NCBI GenBank assembly: GCA_001179505.1
Contig: CDMY01000234.1
Coordinates: 62,001 to 126,000 of the forward strand
Source of the DNA: Vitrella brassicaformis CCMP3155
Taxonomy: Eukaryota; Protista; Chromerida
DNA length: 64,000 bases
Reading direction: 5' to 3'
Part shown: in pieces, positions 22,834 to 33,388 of the stretch
Layout of the letters: every line of letters begins with the position of its first letter
How positions within the stretch are numbered: the stretch's first letter is position 1
Notes under the pieces: generated by a model
What the model was told of the DNA's origin: nothing
Databases searched by the model: none
Seen by the model: only the letters and a program-made list of their open reading frames with translations
Program-made: the position numbers and the translations under genes

Positions 22834-25800
22834 TCAGACCGTGCTCTTCTGCCTGAGCATCTTCCGCAGCTGCAAGAACTTCTCCTGCAACGCCTCTATG
22901 CTGCTGCCCTCATCACAACCACCACCACCGCCACCACCCTCCCACTCATCACCCCCACGGCCAGGCGACAGCGTCTTGCTCCGCGGCGGCATCGCCTTGG
23001 GGAACGTGCTGGAGCGGGGAGGTTGGGATGCAGGCGCCTTCGGAGCCCTCCCACTCATCACCCCCACGGCCAGGCGACAGCGTCTTGCTCCGCGGCGGCA
23101 TCGCCTTGGGGAACGTGCTGGAGCGGGGAGGTTGGGATGCAGGCGCCTTCGGAGCCCTCACCACCTCTCTCCCCGGGTCGGTCCAGGTCCGCTTCCCTGG
23201 CAGGCTGTCGGCTGCTGCTGCTGATGCTGCTGGTGTGGGTCTGTCTCTCGCGAGAGGGAGGGAGGGCAGTGGGGGCAGGAAGGGCGCCTTTCGCCTCTGG
23301 GGCGGCGGTGGGGTGACGGACTTGGCTGATGCTGCTGATATGGGCGCCTCGCTGGTCGAGAAAGGTGGCGACACAGAGCGCGGCATGGCTCTCCCCCTGC
23401 CGCCCAGCGGCTGCAGGGTGGTCCGATGTCTCGGCGATGAAGCAAAGGATGGGGGACAGCTGGGCAGAAGAGGGGACGACACCAAAAACGCACCGCCTCC
23501 CTCACCCTCGCCGCCCCCCGCCATCAGCCGCTCCGTCGCACACACGGGAGGCGACACACAGACGCCGCCCATCCTCTCTCGGTCGGCCCTCTTGAGCTTG
23601 GTCAGCAGCCGCTGCTGCAGGGCCGACAGCTCGTGCTTGAGGTCGTCGTCAGCCATCCGCTCCTCGGCATACCTCTCGCCGCTTGGGCCGCTTGGGTGGG
23701 GGCTGCGCGGCACCACTGGGTGTGTGTGTGTGTGGGGCGACTGCTGCTGTGTGTCGCGGGGTGTGGGTGTGGGTATGGGGTGTGGCGGGATTGTTGGTGG
23801 TGGTGGGAGGTCGTGACGGGTCTCGAGCAGCTCCAGCTGGTACTTCAGCTTGCGGATCTCGAGCGCACGGCTGGCCGACTCAGCTTGGCTACGCTGGTAG
23901 CTGTTCAGATGGACGGACACACAGGTCAAGTCGGTCACAAGGGGGTGGCGTCATTTGTTGTCTTCTATCTCACTTTTCCTCAGCTTGGTTGCTGCTGTTG
24001 GTCATGTCGTGGAGTTCCTGCTCCAGCTGGGCGATGCGCCGGTCGCGGCTGTCAACCGCAGAGGCTGACGTCCGCTGCTCGTGCTCCAACATGCCCTGAC
24101 ACATCCATCCATCCGTGTGATATCTCGCGGCGTTGTGTGTGGTCTGTGTGTGTGTGTGGGTACCTCTAGCTGCTGCTGCTTGAAGGTCCAGGCCTGCTTC
24201 TCTCGCTGCAGCTCGTTGATCTCGCCGGTCTTATCTTCTAGCAGCCGACGGAGAGAGGCCGTCACGTCGAGGGCCTGAGGTGACACACACTCTCACACAC
24301 ACACACAGAGGGTGCTGATGGGTGTGTGGCTGTCACTTGTGTGTGTGTGTGTGTGGCTCTGACCTGCTGCAGTTTCTGCTGCGTGTCTTGCTGTGAGGTG
24401 CTGAGCTCCCCCTGCAGCTGATGCAGACCCTCCTGGGCCGCACCTGCACCACACACACACACACACACACGTGTCTGTGAGATGGGATTGCGGCCCGTGT
24501 TGCCGGCTCACTGAGTGAGTGGTCCTTGGCCTGCAGCTGCTGCTGCACGCTCCCCAGCTGACGCTCCAACGCACGACGCTCAGACACTGCTGCCTCCTAC
24601 ACACACACACACACACACACACACGTGCAGCTGGTCAACAGGCGCATGTGTGTGTTCCCAACTCAATGACCTGACTGACCTGGTTCTCAGCCATCCTCTG
24701 TCGGGTCTCTTCCAGCCGCCTCTCGGCATCGATATGCGCCGCCCTGAGCCGCTCGGACTCTTCGCGGGCGGCCCTGACGGCCGCCTGGGCGTGCTCCAGC
24801 GCCGACATCTTGGACTCCATGTCACGCAACTCGTCCTGAGAGAGAGAACCAGTGATGTGCGTGTGGTGTGGTGATGTTTGTGGGTGTCTGGTTTCGTAGG
24901 TACCTTGCCGGCGATGAGTCTGCCGTGGACGAGGTCCAGCTGCTCACTCAGCTCCTGACAGAGGGAGAGAGAGAGGGAGGGAGGGAGGGAGAGTTGTATG
25001 GCGGATGGTCGCATGGCTTGGTTTGCTGACTTTGTTTCGTTCCGATACGATGCTGCTACGCTGGCGCTCGTCGTCTAAGCTCGACTGTACCTCACACACC
25101 TGCACACACCACAACACACAAATAGGCAGAGTTCTCTGTTTCCTTGCGCGTGATGGTGGCCCCATGCCCACCTGCAGCCTCATCTGCTTGATCCTATCGT
25201 GCGCAGCGTAGGCAAAGTACTTGCCCCAGCGGAAGAAGGCACCACGCAATACACAACGGTCCCACTTGCTGCCCTCACACACACACACCAGATCAGTCTC
25301 CCTCTCTCTCCCTCTCTCTCCCTCATAGCCCCCCTCTCTCACTCACCGTCTGTACTCCTCCAGTCGTCTCTTGCGTTCCTTAGCCGCGTCCACGCTCCCG
25401 CGCCACACCCTCAACGCATCACCACTCCCACGCCTCCCCGCCAGCTTCCGAAACCGCCCCACACGCCCCTCCCTCTCCCTCATGGCCTTCATCGCACCCG
25501 CGAAGTCGCGCCACTTGTGGACAGCTCGGGCGAGGTCGTTGTTGCGAAATGAGCGGGCCAGTTGCTTCTGGGTGCGTGTGTGGGCGATGTAGTCCTTCCA
25601 GGCCTCGAAGTGTGTGGCCATGGCGGAGTTGGCGAGTGAGTGCTTTGAGCGGGACTGGAGGACCGACAGCCGCAGGGCCTGCTGCCGGGACTCCTGGGGG
25701 CAACACAACGGAGGGAGGGAGGTGGGGCTACGTCCGTGTGTGCGAGTGGGGGGGGTGTGCAGGTGTTTGGTACCCGCCATCTTGTGAGAAGGCGCCGCTG

Positions 25801-27539
25801 CGCTCTTTGGACGTAGAGCGACTCTACTCGCCGGTCGCGAGCCTGCACACACATCACATCGGCTATGGATCGACGGCATCATGTCTGGGTGTCCATCTGT
25901 GTGTGTGTGAGAGGAGGTGACCTTGTCCTGGTATGACAAGAGTCTGAACTGTTTGATGGCCTCGAAGTGCTTCCTCAGGAACAGGGCGCTCGCACGCTGG
26001 CCCCCGTGACGCAGCCAGCGCCTTGACGATACACAAACAGACAACAAACAGTTTTCGCGCATTCATTGCATCTCTGTGCCGGTGTCTCTACCTGGTTGCC
26101 GCCCAGGTCATGAGTTCCCTGATGGCCCGCCTGAGTGCTTTCTTCTGCCAGAACCGGAGACTCCTCTCCCTGTAGTACTTGTCAATGGACGCACGATGCT
26201 GCACACAACACACCAACACACCGGCCGGCACACGCATCAAAGCATGCAATGGCGTTGGGGCCACACTCAGGAGCTCAGCTCACTTTGAGGTAGCTGCGCC
26301 ATTTCCTCAAGGCCACGGCGAGAGTGTGCGTGTAGGCGTGTTTGCTCGACTGCGAGTTGAGCAGCCGCTTCGCACGCCGAAGCTGGTACACGTAGGCGCG
26401 CCTGGGGTCAACACAGTGCGGGCCGAGTGACGCTGCTGGCTGGGCTGTCGTCTCCCGCTCGTGTGTGTGTGTGTGTGTACCATGCGGCGAAGCTCTTGGC
26501 CGTGAGGACGGCAGAGTGGTGCAGCAGGCCCATGTTCGTCCCTGACCACAGACAACACAACACACATCCACACACACACGTCCATAATGGATGTGTGTGT
26601 GTGTGTGTGCGAGTGTAGTGGTGGTGCTCGTGCGTACGTTGGATCCTGTAGGCCTCGTCAGTGACGGACCGCCAGGCGTCGAAGATGACGCCAGAACGCT
26701 TCGAAAAGTCGTGGAAAACCGCCAGACTCTGGCAAAGGAGAGACCGCATTCCCTTCGCGTGATTGTGTGCTGGCCTCTGTCCCTCTGTCCCTGCCTTTGC
26801 TCACGCGTGTGCTCTTCCGCTGCAACGACTGGGTGAGAGAGCTCCGCCAACGCGTGAAGCCTCTCCGCAGCCTGACAAGACAACAGAGGAAGGGACCAAC
26901 GGCGTCACACACAGAGGCTTTCTCTCTCCTTGTCATCTGTGTGCGTGTGTGTGCGTGTGTGTGTACTTGTTGTGTTTCATTGCGCGGTAGTGGAGGCGTA
27001 TGTGCTGCCAGCGGTCGACCTGCCCACGCCACCACCTCAACACACGCCGGCACAGCTGCACTCATACACACACACGCACGCCCGCACGCACACAGAGAGA
27101 AAGAGAGAGAGAGATAAAGTGCGAGAGCACAGCCACATGTGTGTGGGTTCACCGGTGACTCACCTGGTGCTGCCTGAAGTCTGCCGCCTGCAGTTCGTGG
27201 ATGGCACCTCGCTTCAGATGACTGACCAACACACACATACACACATACACACACATGCGGGAGCTGAACGGTCACGGGGTGTGTGTGTGTGTTGTCCGCC
27301 GCTCACGACTGAAGTGAGAGCAGCTGCGACCGCAGCTTCGCGGCGTCCTCTACACCCTGATCCATGTGCACACACACAGAGAGAGAGAGAGGGAGAGGGA
27401 CAGGGAGAGGAATGCTCACGCGCCCCTTTACCCCTAGCCCTTCCCTCCTGCTGTGAGCTGACCTCTATAGCGATCCCGTGCATGGTGGTCTGGTGCGCAT
27501 CCAACCGCAACTCCAACACGCGACGAACCTACACACACA

Positions 27540-27575
<36 letters not shown>

Positions 27576-28225
27576 ACGAGAAGGAAGGAACCCACATTTC
27601 CGGCCACTCCCTCCCTCCCATATTGTGTCCATCTGGATTCGCAAGCCCTATTACCTCCTGTTCCCTCTCCAGCTCCTGTGCAGTCTGCATGAGCTGCTCC
27701 CGCAGCCTCCGTATCTCGCACTCCGCCCGCTCAACGTTGTCCATGTTCTGCCGCTGGTACTCCTCCAGCTTGGCCTTCAGCCGCTCGTTGATGCGCTCCA
27801 GACGCTCCTGAGCCGCTGCACGGTCAAGCAACTCAGCCTCCTACACATAAAGAATGGCACTTCAACCGATCCATGCATTGCTCTCTTTCTGCCCTTTGTG
27901 TTTTATTCTCTCTGACCAGCGCCTTGGCAGCCACATCTCCCCTGGTCCAGCCCCCTCCCTGGCGCCATTCCAGCGCATTTCTCACTTGTCCAGTGGTATC
28001 TCTGCGGACAGCGGGGCTGCGGGGCGGCAGCGAGGAGGGGGCCACAGGCGGGGAGTGTGGCTTGGGAGCCGGTCGTGTCTGGGGCATGGGCGAGAGGCTG
28101 GCTGTGCCTCTGGTGTGTCTGCGGGCTGCTGGAGATCTCCGGCGGGGCGAGAGGGTGGCGGTGCAGCGGAATGCTACGTCACGCTGCTCATGCGATGGGG
28201 ATCCATGCGCAGATGACCTCTGCAT
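22834..28225 (-). CDS. Sfi1-like centrin-binding repeat protein with flanking coiled coils
   Basis: Recurrent basic helical repeats ending in F/L-x-x-W: RRGFTRWR, VIFDAWR, KSFAAWY, VALRKWR, THFEAWK, RAVHKWR, DALRVWR, GAFFRWG. Coiled-coil exons at both ends. Confidence 0.7.
22937..23159. repeat. Exact 109-bp tandem duplication inside the last exon of the Sfi1-like gene
   Basis: 22937-23045 repeats at 23046-23154. The peptide RAPKAPASQPP...GGDEWEG appears in two different frames in the ORF track. Confidence 0.9.
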
Positions 28226-28451
28226 CTCCAAAGTGGGGCAAAACTTCCGCAAAACACAAACTGTAAACGGTTAAACCTGTACGTGGTGTGAAAAAGGAGG
28301 CTCCTGGGTGTGAGAGGCATGCCCAGACGGCGGCCATAGTTAGCGTAGACCAAGCGCTCTGCACCTCAGCTGGTTGTACTCCTTTTTGGTGCGGCATTGT
28401 TTGTTGTCCCCCATATCTGTTCGCTCCCATGACCCGCGGTGACAGCGGCTC

Positions 28452-31400
28452 ATGGTCAGACCCCGCACACCCACAGCCATCGCCGTCGCCACACACTCCC
28501 TCCTACTCCTACTCTTCTACTGCTTCTTCCCCTGCATCGTCTTCACAGCAGCTGACAGCACCAGCAGCAGCAGCAGCAGCATCGCACAGCCGCAAGACCC
28601 CAGCACACTCTCCCTCAGCCACGCCGCCTTCCCCTCCCCAGGCACCGGCAACAACAATAGCAACACCACCAACAGCAGCAGCAGCACAGAGGCCGCCGCC
28701 GCCAGTGACAGTGACCTCACCGCCATGCCGGCATGGAGGAGGCGGGACCTTCGTCGCGCGGAGCTTGCCGAGAAGCTGTTGCAGGGTGAAGGGCTGCCCA
28801 AGGCCCCTCCCCCTTTCGCCTGGTGCTCGTCTTCTCGCATGACGGCCGCCATCCCCGTCACTCACGACCCGCTGAGTGAGGGGTGGCCGAGAGGGGGGTT
28901 CCGGAACCACACGAACGACCCCAGGTGCCGCGCCACATTTGTGGAGGAGTTCTTCGGCGACGGCCTGGGCAGCAACGAGTCGATGAGGGACAGCCGGCGG
29001 CACGCTTTGATGGCGTCGGTGGCCTATGGTGAGTGCGGGACCAGGAGGAGTGAGACGGGCAAGTACGTGTACCACAGCAATGTGATGCGCGTGCCGGGGG
29101 CCGAGAACAACGCGGTCGTCACCTGTGCGTGCGCAAAGACCAACGGGACGACCAACGACACGACGGCAAAGGGGAGGGGGAACGGCACACACGGAGAGGG
29201 GGAGGGGGAGGGCGATGGGGAGGGTGGTGGGAATGCCACCTCGGCCATGGGTGGGGAGTGTGTGGCGACGGCCAAGTGGGAACACACGTCGGGGTCCAAG
29301 GTGGCTCACAAGAGCAAGGAGCTGCTGACGCGCGAGTGGACGGCAATCGGGTGAGTCAGTGAGTGAGTCGTGGCGCAAACACAAACACAGCCCCCAGGCG
29401 TCACCTGCCATCGGTGTCATGATGTCCATCGATTTGTTATGTCTGTCCTGTCAGAAGCGGCCACCTGCTGTCTGCCGAGGTGGTCGCGGGACCCAACCTC
29501 ACCTTATCGGTCAACAACAAGGACGAGTAAGCCAGCCAACAAAACACACCTACCAGAGACCATGTGTGGTGTTTGCCGTCCTGCGTTCAGCGGTTTTGTG
29601 TTTGAGTCCTGGATAGCGGGCAGCCCCGGCCACCCCTGGCCGATGCTCTGCGACCTCGTGTGTCCTGACGGCCCATCGGAGGCTAACCCCGGGTGCGTCC
29701 ACCACCTCATCGTCAACGGCTGCCCCGCCGACCGGCTCCGACACGCCACATCCAACAACACCCCGCCGTTGTTTACGGTCATCTCGCAGTCTCGCGGGCA
29801 CATTGTCTTCTCGCTGAGGCCTGCCAGCTTCCCCAAGGGCAACAGCAAGGACAAGGACAAGGGCAAGGGCGAGGGCAAGGATGTCCGGTATAATTACCGC
29901 GTCCAGTGCATGATGGCCGTCTTCCCGAGGCAGCCATCGGTTGACGAGCAGTGCGAGCTCGGCCGCAAGTACGGGCAGTGGCGCAGGAGGCGGCTGCAGG
30001 AGGGGGGCCAGAGCCATGGCGGTCACACTCCTTCTGCTGAGAGGGGCAGCTGGGGCGATGACGGCCATAACGGTGGAGAGGGCAGCAAGCCGGCGGTGTC
30101 GCCGGGGATGGTGGGAGAGGTGGAGGGGCAGATCGTCAGCCCCCCCATCAGCCTCAACCCCCTTCAACCTTTCCCCTTCAACGCCAACACGCCCGAGGAC
30201 TTATTCAGCGGTCAGTCAGTACACAAGCAAGCGCACCCACAGAGAGCCGCGGACACTGAATGAATGAGACTTGTGTGTGTGGAATGTGTGTGACAGAGAT
30301 CGCGAACGAGATTATATGGGACAACTGGTCCATCAACTGGGGCAGGGACTTCCTCAACCGCGAGACGTCGGTGCAGGTGGGCAACGACGTCGCCTTCGTC
30401 GGTATCGGCATCGACACACTCGTCAGGGAACAACTGGTCGGTCAGCAAACATACGAGCGACTCGAGCCACCCACCCCACCTGGCTGCATGCATCCTCCAT
30501 CCCTTGTGCGTGCGTGCGTGTTGTGTGGATTGGCTTGCAGGTGAACGTCGGGTATGGGAAGACGACTGTGACGGTCTCGACGGACGAGCAGGACCTGGAG
30601 GGCGGTGTGGGCGTCATGGTCGGCTCCTACGGCGTCAGGGTAAGTCTATCAGCGACAGCACCACGACCAAGCTTGACACAAGTCGACATGCGTGTGAGTC
30701 TGATTGACATATTGGTTTGATAGGTTGATGCCGACCTTGACGACCGGCAATATGCGATCGAGGCGGTGGCCCGCGGCACGGAGGTCGGCGCCAACATCGA
30801 CAAGCTCGACAGGGACTACGGCGTCCGAGTCAAGGTACTCACCCACTGCCGCCAGCTCACGCCACATCACGCCACCACACCCACGTCGTCTGTAACTTCC
30901 TGCGCAGGTGCGTAGCACCGAGGTGACAGTCCGTCACGACTTTTTCGACGTGCAAGACATTTCGACCAACGACGACGAGGAGCTGGCGACTGAGGTGTTT
31001 GTGGGGTACAAGAGCACGGGCGTCGCCATCGGGTCGGACGTCGACGACACCGAGTACGGCGTCAGCGTCGGCACACTCGGCTACCAGTTCTCGGTGCTCA
31101 GGGACTTCGACGAGCGACAGACAGACTTCCAGGGCAACTGGGGGGACGGCTACCAGCTTGTCCTGAACGGTCGGAGGATCGATGCCCTGTCTGGGTCTGT
31201 GTGACGGCGATGCTTGATGCGTGGCCGTGTGTGTGTGATATGCCTGCAGGCGATTTCCCTGACCCGGCAGACACGGAGGTCTTCGTGCAGGTGGGATTCG
31301 GCGTACTCGGCACCACATACGTCCAGGTCAGCACACAAACAGAGAGCGAGAGAGAGAGAGAGAGAGAGAGACACTGCCGGCCATCTCTCTCTCTCCGTGT

Positions 31401-31630
31401 GTGTGTCCGTCGATTGTCAGGTGGGTGCTGGTGTGGGAGGCGATGGCATTCCCCAGGGCAGCGCCGAAGTCGAGACAGACGACGTGTCCTTCGGCGTCGA
31501 CTTCATCGACGACCTGGGCGAGCGCTTCTTCCTCTTCGGACTCACCGTCGGCAAGTTCACATACACGTGGGAGTCCGAGGTCATCCCCGACAATCTTCAG
31601 ATTCCTCTCATCCTTGGGGCACTGGGGTAG
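28452..31630 (+). CDS. Secreted protein: signal peptide + ZP-N-like + ZP-C-like domains + RRRR site + acidic Gly-rich beta-hairpin repeat domain
   Basis: Hydrophobic leader LLLLLFYCFFPCIVFTA. ZP-N-like Cys pattern CSSSRMTAAIP / NDPRCRAT / GECGTRR..VYHSN / VVTCAC. ZP-C-like LCDLVC..LIVNGCPAD..IVFSL..F..YRVQC. Then QWRRRRLQE and a multi-exon beta-strand-rich tail ending IPLILGALG*. Confidence 0.7.
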
Positions 31631-32713
31631 CCAGAGAGGNNNNNNNNNNNNNNNNNNNNNNNNNNNNNNNNNNNNNNNNNNNNNNNNNNNNNNNNNNNNN
31701 NNNNNNNNNNNNNNNNNNNNNNNNNNNNNNNNNNNNNNNNNNNNNNNNNNNNNNNNNNNNNNNNNNNNNNNNNNNNNNNNNNNNNNNNNNNNNNNNNNNN
31801 NNNNNNNNNNNNNNNNNNNNNNNNNNNNNNNNNNNNNNNNNNNNNNNNNNNNNNNNNNNNNNNNNNNNNNNNNNNNNNNNNNNNNNNNNNNNNNNNNNNN
31901 NNNNNNNNNNNNNNNNNNNNNNNNNNNNNNNNNNNNNNNGGGGGCGGATTGGCGAATTGCAAAAGCATTTTTGCGTGATTTGGAAGGGGGAGAGTGATGG
32001 CACACCGGCGGGCGGCATCATGATCACACACATCCATGCGATGTGTGAAGTGACCCCATGAGATGGATGAGGGCAATGTGGCTCTCTGTTCCGCCTGTGG
32101 CCACCGCCGTCAGTTTTCAAGGGCTGCGTGCTGCGTGTTCTTACACTTACATGACATGCGCTGCATGCACGACGCAGATGGATGGATGGATGCATGGATG
32201 GACAGACTACTGCCTCTCGCGTGTCCGTCTGGGTGTGTGTCGGTGCCGCTTTTGCTCCATGGATGGATGGATGGATGGTGAGTGACGCTCAAAGGTTTGA
32301 TGGATGGATGGATGAAGCAACGAGCCACGCGTGGTGGCTGCGGATTTGTTGGCTGCTAATTGAGAAGTGACAACAAGCACTGCATGGCACTGTCTGTCTG
32401 GCCAATCTGGATGAGATCGGTCTGTCTCCTCGCCCCCTGCGTGTGCGCGTCCGTCTTGTCTGTCTGTGCGTCATGGTGTACACGACACCCACCCTGCACT
32501 CTGGTGGGTGTGTGTATCCGGTCTATCTACTCACAAGCACACGCAGCCCCCTCCCCTTGAACCCTTGACCCCTCCCCCTCCTGCACGGCACACGCGGGCA
32601 GCGAGGAGTTGGCCCTCAAGACAGACAGACAGACAGACAACCAGAGAGAGAGAGAGAGCCGGAGGCGGCTGTGTTTTGCATTTATATACCTCGGGAAAGA
32701 GCTCACCTCTGCC

Positions 32714-32744
<31 letters not shown>

Positions 32745-33388
32745 TGGGGGGGGAGGGGGGTTGTGAATACTGCATGGTTGCACGGTTGCTCCCCGCAACG
32801 TCCCCTCCTGTCTCTGCGTCTCTCGGTGTGTCTCTCCTCTGCCTGTGTAGTGTATCGCTCCTTTGTGCTGGTCCACGAGTGCGTCCATAGTCCATATGTA
32901 TCTCTCTCTGTCTGTTTCTCTCTCTGTGTGTTGTGTGCTCTTGCCGATCGCTACTCTAATACGATTGTTGCAGTCAGTCACCATACACACGCACTCACAT
33001 CCATCCGTGTATGTATGTGTCCCCCAGTGTGTCGTGGCTCTCTTCGTGCTCACTCCCGAATGATGAATGAATGGTCGACGATGTGCGTGCATCCGATTCG
33101 TGCCTTCCTGGATGTCGCCTGCCTGTCTGCTTCCTCGGCTTGCTCACTCGTGTGTCGCGTGCTGCGTGCTGCGCTGTGCTATGTGCAATGGCATGGCCAG
33201 ATTCCCTTATGTGTGGTGAACACAAACGGACAGACAGACAGAGGGACAGTTTGTGTGCCGCATCAACCAAGGTGCCTTGAGTCAATCCAACCGACAAAGA
33301 GTCCCCACACCCCGTCCCCTCGGATGCACACACACGGCATAGAATACACACCAGTGAGTCACCGGTATGCTCACGGTCGGTCGGGTAG

